In this document: positions 8,705-21,419 of the stretch, piece after piece
How positions within the stretch are numbered: position 1 is the stretch's first letter
Layout: each line of letters starts with the position of its first letter
NCBI GenBank assembly: GCA_008632985.1
Contig: QPGO01000019.1
Coordinates: 744,001 to 808,000 of the forward strand
DNA length: 64,000 bases
Source: Psammoneis japonica
Taxonomy: Eukaryota
Direction of reading: 5' to 3'
The notes under the pieces: generated by a model
What the model was told of the DNA's origin: nothing
The model's database searches: none
The model's input: the letters and a program-made list of their open reading frames with translations, nothing else
Position numbers and translations under genes: made by a program

Positions 8705-11700
8705 ATGGTGGAAGGAGAGGATGAAAACACGCTGGAATCTCAGCGGGAGGAAGCAATCAGGGAGCTTTTAACGCTTTGTGCGGAGTACGTTGGAAAAAAG
8801 ATACTGCATGTCACAAACTGAGGTGACATTCTGCAGGCTCACTATTTTTTGCTTCAATGACTGTACTACAGGCAAAATGTAAATGTCCCCGTAAAGATGC
8901 GTGCCGCCATTCTAGGCAAGGACATTACCGAAGCTCATGAAAAGGGGCCTCCGCTGAGCAAGCTTGAGTTTGCCATTGAGCAACGAGTTTCTGAATTGGC
9001 AGCCCTGGAGGACGATGAGTTGTTTCAGGAGATTCGAAAAATCTTTGAAGGACTCAAGGCGTCGCCGCCCAAGTTGGAATGCCGAGTCATTAACGGTAGC
9101 TATACAGTGACAAACCCCGTGCCGGACATGGACGAGCCGCGTCTTTGCAAAGGCGACGAGGAAACTCCATCCAGCGGTGCGCGAGTAAAGCAGCGTATTG
9201 AAACGGTTCACAATCAAATGCCCATTCACAAACTCTTCTTGGCGGTTCGGAAAATGTTTAAAACACGCAGTCTCAAGCCAGAAACCAAGGAGCAAGTGAT
9301 TGTGGATGGTATCAACTTGAGGCTCGAGCCGGGAAAAATGTATCTTGTACTTGGTGCTCCGGGTTCTGGAAAGGTGAGAGATTCTTAAATGTGGCTTTGT
9401 CTGTTTGCAATTCAGCTGAGCAGTTGAACTTCTGATTCTAATGTTGCTCTTGCACCCTCCACTGCTTCTTACGGTAGTCGACTCTACTCAAGATGATTTG
9501 CGACACGCTCCGTCAGGATGCCAAGCACGTTGTTGGTGGTGATGTAATGATCAACGGAATCAAACCTAGCGATAAGGGCGTCGTGTGGCCGGTAAGTACA
9601 TGTACAGGATTCCTTTTTGACTTGTTCAAGTGTCACTAAACAATAAATGCTTCACTTCTTTGGACTCTGCTACCAGACACTGACGGCCTACATTGACCAG
9701 ATTGATCGACTTCACAAGTTCTGACGGTAAAAGAGACGTGCACTTTTGCCTTTAAGTGTCGTTCGGGGGGCACTCATGCCCTGGTAAGTTGCCATACGCC
9801 ATTGGTCAGCATCAAGAATTTCATCTAAAGCTCCTTAATACTTAGACTAACAAGCTGTTCTTCGAATACCTTTAGTCGTATCTCAACATGGACGATCCAG
9901 AAGTGGTGGAAACTGTCAAGAAAATGGATGAGGAGCAATTTCTTGTCAATGCCGTTCTCAAAGGAATGGGCCTCGCTCGAGTCAGCGACACGTTTGTGGG
10001 AGACAATGTTTCGGTTCGTGGTGTCAGTGGTGGAGAGAAAAAGCGTGTTACTGTGGCTGAAATGATTGCCGTTCGATCTCCGTTCCTTTGCTGTGATGAG
10101 ATTAGCACGGGTTTGGATGGTAAGTGACGACTGTATGCCAGTATGATTCATCCTGCGTTTGGGTCTCGTGTGACATTGTTTCCTAACTGATGCTGTACCC
10201 ATCTTGATACGAATGCAGCGGCTACCACGTATGATATTATTAAGTTGATGGGAGCCACTGCTAGACTCACAGTGTCCACCAAAATTGTGTCGCTGTTACA
10301 GCCTCCACCGGAAACGGTCGCCTTGTTTGACGACTTAATCCTGCTGGATTCAGGAAAAGTGATTTATTTTGGACCGGTAGATGATGTCGTGCCGCACTTT
10401 GAGTCGCTTGGATACAGCCTTCCCGAACGGATGGACACGGCCGATTGGTTACAGGTACGATCTCACGCTAGTGTCTCATAGTTTTCCTCTACCCCACTAA
10501 AATCTTTGCGTTTGCGGCTTCCTAAGGCCCTTCCAACTCGCGACGGCGCCGATTACCTCGTCGACAAGGACAGCGACCATTTGTCTACAGACGAATTTGT
10601 GGAAAAATTCCTCTGTAGCGAGCATGGGCTGAGCCTCATGGAATCGCTTTCCGAGCCCATTCAGGAAGACAAGGAAACAATTGATCATAACTTTTCCACT
10701 AAGTACGCGAATGGCTGGAACAAGTCATTGAAACTTCTAGTCGACAGGGAAATGCTTCTTTGGTGGAGAGACAAGGGAAGCATCATTGCAAGGCTTATGC
10801 AAGGTAAGTGCCCACTTCTTTGGGGACCGTAGGCACGTGTTCAAGGCTGTCTGTGTGCCACTGAATCTTACAGAACATTTATTTTTTCAGACTTGATCAT
10901 GGGTATTGTGGCTGGCACTCTCTTCTGGCAGCAGAGCGAAAATCCTGGATCCGTGATGGGAATTTTATTCCAGGGTATGTTCTTTGCTTCGCTCGGTGCG
11001 ATGAATAGGGTACCCGAGCAATTTGATGTGCGCGGGATTCTGTACAAGCAGCAGGATGCGAAATTTTTCCCGACATGGAGCTTTGTTGTTGGAAGGAGCC
11101 TAGCAGGTGTGCCAACGGCCCTAATTGACAGCGTTCTCTTTGGCAGTATCCTTTACTGGTTCGTCGGGCTCGCTTACAACGATGGTGCCTCCATTGCAAA
11201 CTATTTTGTTTTTATGCTTCTGATTTTCATCACGGCCTTATGCGTTGGCCTCATGTTCAGCATCTTCTCGGCCACCGTGGCTGACAAGTCGACGGGGCAA
11301 GCTGCACAAGCTGTTCTCTTGGTCATCTTTATATTGTTCTCTGGATTCACGGTACAGGCTGATATTATTCCAGAGTACGTTTTGCGAATGTTCTTGCATA
11401 CTAACCTGCTTCAAAAAAGAGTTACCTTACATCTTGCGCTAGTTTTTGGATCTGGGTGTATTGGGGTAATGTTTTTGCATGGCAGTTGCGAGCACTGGCC
11501 GTTAACGAATATCAAAGCGGCAAATATAGCGATGAAGTAGCTCCAGGAGTAACCGAGGGAGATGCAATTTTAGACCAGTTCGGCTTTACCTGGGTAAGTG
11601 AATTTGCTGTTAGCCAAAATCTGCTTCTTCTTCGCTGCCTTATTAATTTTGCTTGTTTCATTTTTGAAAGAATGGCGAGCCATTTGAATACGAATGGGTT

Positions 11701-14700
11701 TGGTAAGGAGATGCTTTTGGATCTACGGTGCAGTCTTGTTATTGTTCTTTGCTTTTCTGACGAGTCTATTATATTTAACAATCGCTTCGCCCAGGTACGG
11801 AATTGCCTTTTCAATTGGTATGGCATTCATTTCTGTCTTAGCATCAGTATACTTCTTGAAGACTTTGCGCTTCGACACTGGCAAGTCTCTTGCAACAGAG
11901 GCGATTGAGAGTGAAGGAGACGACGAACCTATTGAGGAGATTGAGCTTCCCTTTCAGAAAGTGAACCTAACCTTCAAGAATATCCACTACACGGTGTCGG
12001 CATCGACGAGTGACGAAAAGCTTGAGCTTCTCAAGGGTGTTGATGGATATATTGAAGCAGGGAAAATGACGGCGTTAATGGGAAGGTAGGTGTCTGCACG
12101 ACATCCAGAATTCTAAAGCAACATGCCCCTAAACATTTCCGTTGTCCCCGTAGCTCCGGTGCTGGCAAAACAACTCTGATGGACGTGTTGTCGTTGCGTA
12201 AAACAAGCGGCGAAATTACCGGAGAGGTGCATTTAAATGGACACTTGCAGGAGCCCTTGTCGTTTCGGCGCTGCACTGGTTACGTCGAACAGGTTGGTTC
12301 CATCTCGATCATTTTTGATTTCATACTCATCTCGTTCCTTCCCATTCGTTCATCATCTACATCCCTTTCCTTCCTGTTCTTCCTCTCTTTAGTTTGACGT
12401 TCAGACTCCACAGCTCACGATCCGGGAGACGGTGGAGTTTTCAGCTCTGCTTCGCTTGGAAGAGTCGGACCCTGCAGTGACTCAGGAGAGCAGGACGAAG
12501 TTCGTCGATCAGACGCTCGCCAGCCTTGAGCTAACGGAAATACAAGATTTGCAAGTTGGTAGTGACCTGACGGGAGGTCTGTCTTTTGAACAGAACAAAC
12601 GTCTCGCGATTGCCGTCGAGCTTGTGTCGAATCCGTCAGTGATTTTCTTAGACGAGGTGAGGAGTCTTCGTCCCTCTTTCATGTTTCTCTTTTTTTCTCC
12701 TTCTCGCGTCTCACAGAGAATTTGCCTTGTCGACGTTCGAAAGCCTACGAGGTGAGAAGCCTAAGTCCCTCTTTCATGTTTCTCTTTTCTTCTCCTTCTC
12801 GCTTCTCACATAAAAATTGCCTTGTCGACGAAAGTGGATTGGACGCTCGCGCCGCGGCCATTGTTATGAGGGGGCTCAAACGGATATCGGATGGTGGGAG
12901 AGCCGTGTGCGCAACGATTGTAAGTGTAACGTTGGCTGTACGATTACTCTTGTACCCAGCATGCCCTGGATATGTATCTAACGTTGTGACGCCCCATTGT
13001 TAGCATCAACCGTCTGTTGCGATTTTCAATTCCTTCGATTCTCTCTTGCTTTTGAAGCGTGGAGGAGAGACGGTGTTCTTCGGAGATCTTGGAGACGAAA
13101 GCTCGAAGCTTATCGAATATCTTGAGCGATATCCTTCCACTCCTCCGATTCGTAAGGGTGAAAATCCTGCCACTTGGTTAGTCATCTACAATTCATTCCT
13201 CTTTTCTGTCTTTTTACTTTACCTCAATTACCTGCTTCATTGATTCGTGTGTAATCAGGATGCTTACGACGATTGGAGCTGGTTCAAGCACAGCAGGTTT
13301 GAAGCCTTTCGACTATGCTGGTAGCTTTGCGGCCTCGGGATTAAGGAAAGACGCATTGGCAAAAATAGACGCATTTGTCGAAGGAGCAAACGACGACAAC
13401 CGAGTCTCCTTCCCCACAAAGTATGCAACCGACCGAAAGACGCAGCAGCGTCACGTTTTCCGACGCGCAATGACGATATATTGGCGGTCTCCCACCTACA
13501 ATTTAGTGAGAATGATCGTTTCCATAGTTGTGGCACTCTTGTTCGGTGAGTGAAATGATCGGCTGTATTTTCTGCTTTGTTTTCACCATTGGTCGTGTCC
13601 TGTGGTGCCTCTTAGGATACCGCATTCGGCTCATACTCCTTGCTAACGTTGTTCCGGTGCCAGGGAGTGTATACGCAAGTCAGAGAACTCCGTCGACTGA
13701 GAGCGACATGAATTCTCGTGTGACGACAATCTTTGTCTCTGTTCTCTTCCTTGGTAAGCCACTTAGCCGCAGGGACTCGCTTGTTTTGCTCCTATTTCTC
13801 ATCCTTTTCTATTGCTTCGTTATCGTACAAAGCCGTTAACGCCTACAATACCGTGCTTTCATTATTTGAAATGGAACGCAATATGTTTTATCGCCACAAG
13901 GCAAATCTGATGTAAGGGCCGCTTCAGATTCTGTCACCATGCTTTCATTGCTTTCTCAAGGGTCTTCTAAACCCAATCGGATGATTGTTTCCCACGCGCA
14001 GGTATGATCAGCGGGCTACTTTGGTGGCGTTTACTGTCGCTGAAATTCCATTCATTTTAATGTCGAGTATCCTATTTGTCGTTCCCTTCTACTTTATGGT
14101 CGGGTTTGCATCGCAAGCCGATAAGTTCTTCCTTTACTACTTGTTCTTCACTTTGAATCTTGGTCTGTTTACTTTCTTGGGGCAGGTGAGTTGCACAAAA
14201 TTGATGATGTCTCGTTTTCTGCGGAACGTTTTGCTTAGACTAAATTTTCTTCCTTTAGATGATGGTTTCTGTCACAAGGAATAGCGAAACGGCTCAAGGC
14301 TTTGGTGGCTTAATTATCGGCTTGACCGCCTTGTTTTCAGGTGTCCTCATTCGACCTCAACACATTAATGGTTTTTGGGTCTTTGGTGAGTTGAACATTT
14401 GCGCTGTGGGCGTCAGAAGTTCTGTTTTGTTTCTTTCCTCTCTAACCTTCTATCATTCACCATTTGCAGCCTACTGGCTTTTTCCAGGGCACTACGTGAT
14501 GGAAGCGCTCATTACATCTCAGGTGAGTAGCGTGACTGAAGTGTGAAGATTCCGTTCGTCTATCTATGGAGATAGCTGACTCCTCTTGGCGTCACCCATT
14601 TCCTGAATCAGTTTAACAACGACGACACTCCAATCACCCCGTCGTTTGGAAGTGACTTTTACTATTTTGTATACGGTTCAGAAGAATGTCAGGAGTTGGT

Positions 14701-14881
14701 GGACCAAGACAGCTCGGCCATGTGCACAGGCACGGCCGAAGAATGGATTGAAGTCAGTTTTGGTGGTGAATTTCAGTTTTCACACATATGGTATGACTTC
14801 CTTTATTTGTTTGGAGCAATCATCTTGTCGAAAATCATCACTTTTGTAGCTCTTTCGAAGCTGAACTACCTTGCCAAATAA
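8705..14881 (+). CDS. Full-size ABCG (PDR-type) ABC transporter, multi-exon; one apparent frameshift at ~9720
   Basis: NBD1 ([33 protein letters not shown]), TMD1, NBD2 ([40 protein letters not shown]) and TMD2. About 20 short GT-AG introns; stop TAA at 14879-14881. Confidence 0.92.
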
Positions 14882-15514
14882 AGAGAGATTACCGTATGGG
14901 TGGTTTCAGCAACAGGTGTGGTGCCAACTAGTTAAAATGTTTGTAAAAGTAATGATATGACCATGCGCACCGTATAATATTAAGCGACTGACGCTGTTGC
15001 CACGGCCAAGGTGTAGGACACGAAGCGACTGGCGCTGTCGCCGCGGCCAAGATATTAGAACACGAGACTCGTGGCTTCTCAAAAAGACATTGAGAGAAAG
15101 GATTGGACATAGTCGCATAGATTCCTCCATTCTTTGCTTTCATTGAAAATGCGTGACAGGATCTAAGACGTGTGTAGTAGCGGCGAATCAGATGTCCGAA
15201 AAGTGAGCAGATCTCCGTGCGGAGATCTGGTAAGTAGGGCCTTAGGTCTGCGTTGAGCCACAAGCGCGCTCACAAGCTTGTACTGGGGAGAGTTGAGCCA
15301 GGAGTACCTATTAGGTCCTAGCTAGGTTGTGGGGATGCAATCGCTTATGCACTAATGTTGCATTTACGTTGTGTCGTTAAGGATTGACGTAAGATATTAC
15401 CCGGTGAAACGTGATTAGAGCTACAAGCTTAGAAATGGTGCGTACGGTACTCGTTAATCTTTTGTACTCTCGTTAAGCACCCAAGCTATGGCATCTAACT
15501 ATGGCCAGTGGGTA

Positions 15515-15830
15515 TATATGACAGCTTTCCAAAAGCTTCATCTTTCACACTGACGTCCTATGTATTTGTGAGAATATGTAAATCCGTGTTTGAACCCGAA
15601 GTCACGTGAAATGGATCTCGGAAATCAACCAACAAGTCAGTAAGTTTATGAGAGCCTTCCAAAGTCTTCCTCTTATACCACTGACGTCCTTCTTGAATAT
15701 GTAGACCTATGTATTGTGCTCAGCCCACTTGAAATGTATCTCCCGTTATAAAATCAACAGCAGTCCGTGGGAATATGACAGCCTTCCAAAAGCTTTCATA
15801 TTTTCCACTGCGACGTCTGAAGTGAGCTTG
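15515..15830. repeat. Three imperfect ~130-bp direct repeats
   Basis: Core atgacagctttccaaaagcttca...cactgacgtc recurs at ~15518, ~15648 and ~15775. Confidence 0.7.
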
Positions 15831-15885
15831 AAAATCTGTGTAATTCAATCAACCTAAAAGGATCACCAGCTGATGCGCATGGGAA

Positions 15886-16779
15886 TTAGATTTCCCATTC
15901 ACCCTCCCGAGGAGCACTTGCCGCTGCACAACTAAAGCAGCAATGGACAGATCGGCTAGTAGCCACATCATAGTACCCGGGGCAGAAAACCAAGTCGGGC
16001 TGCGTATCGTTGACCTTAAGCCTTCCGCGTTTGCACTGTGGACAATGTCCAAGACAGCCGTATGTGTATCCATCAACAATTCGGGCTAGTAGGGTCGGCT
16101 TTGTACCAGAAATGTGCTGAAAGTTCTTGCCCAGCATCTCCTTCATTTGAGGGACCTTCATTTTCTGAAAGAGAACTTTAGCCTCGTCAGCCTTGGTATT
16201 CTCGTTGAAAATGGTAGTCTCCTTGTCTGGGTCAAACCAGGGGCCATCACGGGGTGCGTCTTCGGCACTGCAGCAATAGTCACACGACACCAGACCTTCA
16301 TAGCCATCGTAGTATCCTGGGCAGAAGACAACATCCGGCGACTCGTCAAGAACCTTGAGCCTTCCCTTGAAGCACAAGGGACATTCCGATAGACGTCCAT
16401 AGCGCTCGCCATCGGCTATCCACTGGAGAAGAGTAGCCTTCTTGCCAGTTACATGCTGTCCGTTTTTGCGTAAGATATCTTTAAGCTGCTTAACGGTCTT
16501 CTTCTGGTGCGGCGAGATTGGAACCACAGTGACTTCTTGGGGGATAGAATCATATTTGGTATGAGGTAAGTCGATACCGATAGGTTTGTTCTCTTTATCT
16601 TGAGACGCATCGTCGTTGTTGTCAATGGGAACTCTCTTGTTCGAGCCGAGTGCCGCCGGAGTCGTTGTGTGCGGCGTCACCGTCGCAAAAGTGTCGCATG
16701 GCGTCTCTCCCCGGCTGGGTGAGAGGAACGAGGTTGCGTCGATCTTTTGTTTCTTTCTTGATGGTGCGATTGCCTTCAT
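15886..16779 (-). CDS. Protein with two tandem PADR1 (PARP1 Zn3-type) domains, no catalytic PARP domain
   Basis: Two units of LK..L..N.Q...G.K..LL..I.DG..YG.L..CP.C..G.L.V......V.CPGYYD......C. Start placed at MKAIAPSRKKQK (NLS-like); the ORF is open to 16935. Confidence 0.75.
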   Translation of the reverse strand: MKAIAPSRKKQKIDATSFLSPSRGETPCDTFATVTPHTTTPAALGSNKRVPIDNNDDASQDKENKPIGIDLPHTKYDSIPQEVTVVPISPHQKKTVKQLKDILRKNGQHVTGKKATLLQWIADGERYGRLSECPLCFKGRLKVLDESPDVVFCPGYYDGYEGLVSCDYCCSAEDAPRDGPWFDPDKETTIFNENTKADEAKVLFQKMKVPQMKEMLGKNFQHISGTKPTLLARIVDGYTYGCLGHCPQCKRGRLKVNDTQPDLVFCPGYYDVATSRSVHCCFSCAAASAPREGEWEI

Positions 16780-18605
16780 GGCTGTTTGTTCTTTGATGTT
16801 ATGGGAAAGTAATGACACGGTGGCGGGGTTTGCGTTTTGGAAGAGGAGAGAGGGTTCGGATTTCGAAAGAACGGCACGTAGTAGGTTCCACTGCAAGCTG
16901 CACGCACTACGACACCAAAGTGAACGTACGAGCATGTATGTAGAAGGTACTTACAGTAGTCCCGCCTGCAGGGTTGACATCGGTCGCAATTTTAGTCGTG
17001 TGTTCTCTCGTTTCAGTCGTGCTGAATGTTCCCCGTCTGCCATCAGTTCGCTCGAGCTGTGCTTGTGGAAATGTCAAATAGCTACATGACCGGTGCTGTA
17101 CAGTAGCAAGCGACCCTTCGTTCGAATCACCAAGTCAAATAGAAATACTAGCGGGGGCTAATCGTCGAGGCGGCGTCTTCCTATTCCAGTTTCTCTCTTT
17201 GTTGCTGACACCGCTGTTTAAACCTGCTGCTCATCATAGGAGGCCACACTGCTGGCCAGCTGTCTCTGTGAAACATGAACTCTCCACGAACGAATCATCG
17301 GAAAAAAGAGAGAAAGCCCGGCAGTCTACTTATGTTTGGCAAAGACTATCGTCGAACGTCTATATGCCATGTGAATTCCTGAGAAATGAGTTTTCCGATG
17401 CCACTCTTTGGCTCTTTGCGCATGGCAATCTTTGCAATCCATGTATCGTGAACCTTTGCGGTGCTTCAATGTAAGAGAAATACATTCATCAATCACGTTA
17501 CGACAGTCTTGGGGTACACTACTCACGAAAGCGGTCACCGAAGGTTTCTCGGACTTTTTCGACAGCTCGTTTGATTCTTGTCGACACGGCATCCCTGGAG
17601 CTAGTTTTCGGGGGACGGGATCGCATCAGGCATACCATACCGTATGCAAACTATTGTAAATAGAAGGTACAGAGAACAAGTGATGCAATCAAGATGCTGC
17701 CTAGAATACTTACATCGTACAATTGATTTGATCGAGATGCTACGCAAAATTAATCAACATTGAAGATTGAAGAGAAACAACGTGATCACACAGGAAAAAG
17801 CACTCGGTTGTTATGATCCACCCCGGCTCCTCGCTGCTTGTCGTTCAGAGACGTTGTCGAACAAGCACCCTCAACCGACGTGATCCATCCAGAATCGATT
17901 CCTGGTTCCACCTGGTATTGCAGCTCGACATTCACCGTGTTTTTGACAAGTCCATAGTACGTTTTGGTCCAGGAATTTTGTCAACTTCCTATGCGGCGGT
18001 GGGAATATCTTCATCGTGGACGTACCGTTGTCACAATCTCTGTACTGTTTGGGCTTCTTCAAGGCCGACGAGAATGCATTTTTCTCAATTGGTATACTTA
18101 ACAGTCGGTTCCGCTACTGTAACCTTGCAGTGTCACCAGTATTGTTTTCGTCTTTATTCAGAGCATTCGCTGGAATGACCAACAGGTAAGCAATGGAGTC
18201 TTGACAATGTCGCCATAGACCAAGGTGCTAGAGACGCCGTAAATCATCTACCCATTTTCTCTTCGGAGCCGTGTTCTGGTTCCCTCTGTGCAGAATGCTC
18301 GGCACTAGTGAAATTAGGAGAGGAAAAAAGCATGCTTGGTTCTCCAGAGCGTGGGCTTTCCACGCGTTTGAGAGCTTTATTGGTGGCAGCTTTGCACGGC
18401 TTGAAAGCTATTTGCACTTTCGGTCGTCAATAGATTTGATTCATCATTGAGCATTCAAGTTTTGACACAAGTGCTTTCGGATATCATCGAATTGATTCTG
18501 AAATCATACTGCATACAACAAAAATGAATTGCGCAGCTGATGTGAACAAATACTAAAACTGAAAAGTTACGGGAGCGTCGTAAATATCTAATTTGAAGAC
18601 TCTCT

Positions 18606-19430
18606 CTACGAGGCCTCGCTGGTGACCTCTTGAGCAACCTTCAAGCGGTCAAAGTACTCGTCAAGCGGGAAATGCGTGTCGGCATCTGCGACAAACGTGT
18701 CGCCACTCTGATAAGGGAGATCGCCATGAACAAAGTCACGGACAATGGAGGCGAGCTCACCAGCTTTTCCAGGGCGCTGGCTTGGATTGACCATTTTCGC
18801 AAAAGCCTTTGCCATGTCTGCGTCACCGCCCACGAACCTGTCAGACATTTCTGTCTCATACAAGGTAGGATTGATAGATACCACCGACAAGGATTTGATG
18901 CGTTCATCTTGAGACTCAGCAAACTGGGCAGCGTAAGAACGGACGAGACTGTCGACAGCGGCCTTGGAAGAAGCATAAATGGGATTGCCCGAGAAAGCCA
19001 TGATGGAGCCAGCACTGCTTGTAAAGACAAATGTGCCACCAGCTTGAAGGAGTGGGGTGCCATATTGCAGTCCCAAGATGACACCGCGTACGTTCACAGA
19101 GTAAATATAGTCATATGTCTTGATGTTGAGGTTCGACACCATGGTCTCTTCGTTGCTTCCCTCCACACCAGCGTTGAGAAGGATAAAGTCAACCTTTTCC
19201 TTACCGAAGTGTTTTTCAGCGGCTTTAAAGAACACTTTGTTCGACTCCTCATCCGCAACGTCAACAATGTGGAAGGTAGAGTTGGTTTCCTTTGCGACAG
19301 CCGCGCCGCGGTCCTCACGGCGACCACCGATGAAAACGCTTGCTCCTTCACTGCTTAGAGCGGACGCCATTTGCACACCAAAGCCGGACGTGGCTCCAGT
19401 GATGATGATGTTTTTGCCTTCGAGACTCAT
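18606..19430 (-). CDS. Short-chain dehydrogenase/reductase
   Basis: MSLEGKNIIITGATSGFG (TGxxxGxG), LNAG and YASSK (YxxxK); intronless. Confidence 0.92.
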   Translation of the reverse strand: MSLEGKNIIITGATSGFGVQMASALSSEGASVFIGGRREDRGAAVAKETNSTFHIVDVADEESNKVFFKAAEKHFGKEKVDFILLNAGVEGSNEETMVSNLNIKTYDYIYSVNVRGVILGLQYGTPLLQAGGTFVFTSSAGSIMAFSGNPIYASSKAAVDSLVRSYAAQFAESQDERIKSLSVVSINPTLYETEMSDRFVGGDADMAKAFAKMVNPSQRPGKAGELASIVRDFVHGDLPYQSGDTFVADADTHFPLDEYFDRLKVAQEVTSEAS

Positions 19431-19967
19431 GATTTGGAGTTTTGATGTTGTTGTTGGACTTGTTTTGTATGATTTGTGAGATGAAATTGTGAGGAGAAGC
19501 AATGGAGAAGCGAGAAACGACGCTCGGCGAAGGCGAAGTCACCGCCTCAGAAGGCGAAATCCGCATCCACGTAGAAATGACAAATTTCGTACTGAACGCT
19601 ACAGTTAAGTTTGCCCGGACGGTTGGACGGACGACGGTGCGCTGATGATCGTTCGAATTCTCTCGAACTCACTTTTGTTCCTGACTTGGATTTCAATTCT
19701 TGGCGCACACTCTTCGAGGCTTGCTCTTGTTTCTATTGAAGCCGTCCGAAATCCCTTCAGTTCTTACGGCAATGTCTACTCAATTGAACGGGTTGTTTTT
19801 TGCAGAAGAGCGTTGGTAGACTTAGACTCAACCATGGCAATTACCATTCCTAATAATAGTAGGGACGTAGACAGCTTGCTACTAGCTCTTCTGAACTCGT
19901 TGTTGTTGGCGATAACCATCCATGCGTTTGACTGGCTAGATCACTTATGAGAATCAGTATGAACTCA

Positions 19968-21419
19968 TCAATACGATGACTGCCGGTCGATACTTGCCAA
20001 TTCTTGTGTATGTAGATTCGTAACACCGGTAATTGCAAGTACCCATGCATGTTGACAGGGTAGAAGGTCCGGTGTCAAGTTCGGAATCTGTATCGACAAG
20101 CCATACTGATTGGTCGAGAACCTGATTGTCTCATTTATGTTCAATCCCAGCATCGTAACTCGACTCTGGCTTGTAACTTGAGGTGCATGGAGCTCTAGCA
20201 CACCGCCCATTGGCCATGATGTAAACATTGCGTAAAGTGTATCGTCACGACGTGTATAGAACACAACATCTGTTTCATTCTGACACACGTTCCATGGTTT
20301 ACTCGCATAAATAGCATCGCCATTAACCTTGAGCCAATTTCCAATGCCGAGTAAACGATCCCAAAATATTGGCGCGATTGTCCCGTCGTGACTTGGTCCA
20401 ACATTCAAAAGCATGTTTCCACCCCACGCAACCACCCGGATCAACTCATGTACAAAGTACTCTACTGTCAAGTAATCACTGATGGAAGCATTCCGATTGA
20501 ATCCCCAAGATGTCGCGTCAATGGTCAATGCGTTTTCCCATTTTTGATCCAAGAGTCGACCGGGGTTGTAGCGATCGACTGGAGTGAAAAAGGATCCGTG
20601 TTTGTTGTTGACATCGGATCCCCACCGATCATTCCACACAACCGTATCTGCAACTGAGCTGTTGGTAGCAAGCCACGCGAGAAACTCTGGAGCGTGCCAA
20701 TACTTTTCGTCTGTGACGGGCCAGTCTCCATCACTCCAAATGACCTCTGGTTGGTACTTTTTTACCAAGTCATAGAGTTCGGGCATGGTTTTGGTATCAC
20801 GAAAGACACTCGTGGAAAAGTTGTTTCTGGCATCTTGCAAAAAGGCCGGATTGAACCATTCAAGCAAGCTATGATAAAGCCCAAAACGCAGTGGTTTGTC
20901 CGTAAACGGCGAGGTGGTTGCTTTGACAGCTTTTGATAGCTCTTCTACTAAATCTCTTTTCGGACCAACATCCATTGCGTTCCAATTCCACGTCGTTTCA
21001 ATATTCCGACTGTCCCAATTGCAAAATCCTTCATGGTGTTTGCTGACAAGCACGACATATTGCGCCCCAGCGTCTCGAAACAGATTTGCCCAATCCTTTG
21101 CATTGTACAGCGTCGCATCAAACCGGTGAGCATAATCTTGGTAGACAAAGCCCGGCTTTTCGGTTTTCTGCACATAATCCACATACTTTTGTTCGCTCGA
21201 TGCTTTCCAGTGATACCAGAACCATTCATCTCCATAGGATGGCACCGAAAAAACACCCCAATGAATAAAGATTCCAAACTTTGCTTCGTCGTACCATGGC
21301 GGTGTTGGACGAGCATCTAAGGATTCCCACGTTGCTTCGTATGCTGAGCTTATCCATACTCTTACAGCGGCTAGTAAAGAAAAACGGAGTAGTAAACACG
21401 CCCTCATCATGCACATCAC
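19968..21419 (-). CDS. Alpha-L-fucosidase (GH29), secreted
   Basis: Signal-peptide-like N-terminus; WYDEAKFGIFIHWGVFSVP, SKHHEGF, IWSDGDW, WNDRWG and GGNMLLNVGP motifs. Confidence 0.95.
   Translation of the reverse strand: MMCMMRACLLLRFSLLAAVRVWISSAYEATWESLDARPTPPWYDEAKFGIFIHWGVFSVPSYGDEWFWYHWKASSEQKYVDYVQKTEKPGFVYQDYAHRFDATLYNAKDWANLFRDAGAQYVVLVSKHHEGFCNWDSRNIETTWNWNAMDVGPKRDLVEELSKAVKATTSPFTDKPLRFGLYHSLLEWFNPAFLQDARNNFSTSVFRDTKTMPELYDLVKKYQPEVIWSDGDWPVTDEKYWHAPEFLAWLATNSSVADTVVWNDRWGSDVNNKHGSFFTPVDRYNPGRLLDQKWENALTIDATSWGFNRNASISDYLTVEYFVHELIRVVAWGGNMLLNVGPSHDGTIAPIFWDRLLGIGNWLKVNGDAIYASKPWNVCQNETDVVFYTRRDDTLYAMFTSWPMGGVLELHAPQVTSQSRVTMLGLNINETIRFSTNQYGLSIQIPNLTPDLLPCQHAWVLAITGVTNLHTQELASIDRQSSY

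Noticed and set aside
17100..18450. Possible gene between the PADR1 and SDR genes
   Set aside because: Only short ORFs without recognisable motifs or a consistent exon chain.
18630..19358. 242-aa antisense ORF over the SDR (and similar antisense ORFs at 46152-46853 and 36817-37395)
   Set aside because: Shadows of real genes on the opposite strand; no motifs of their own.
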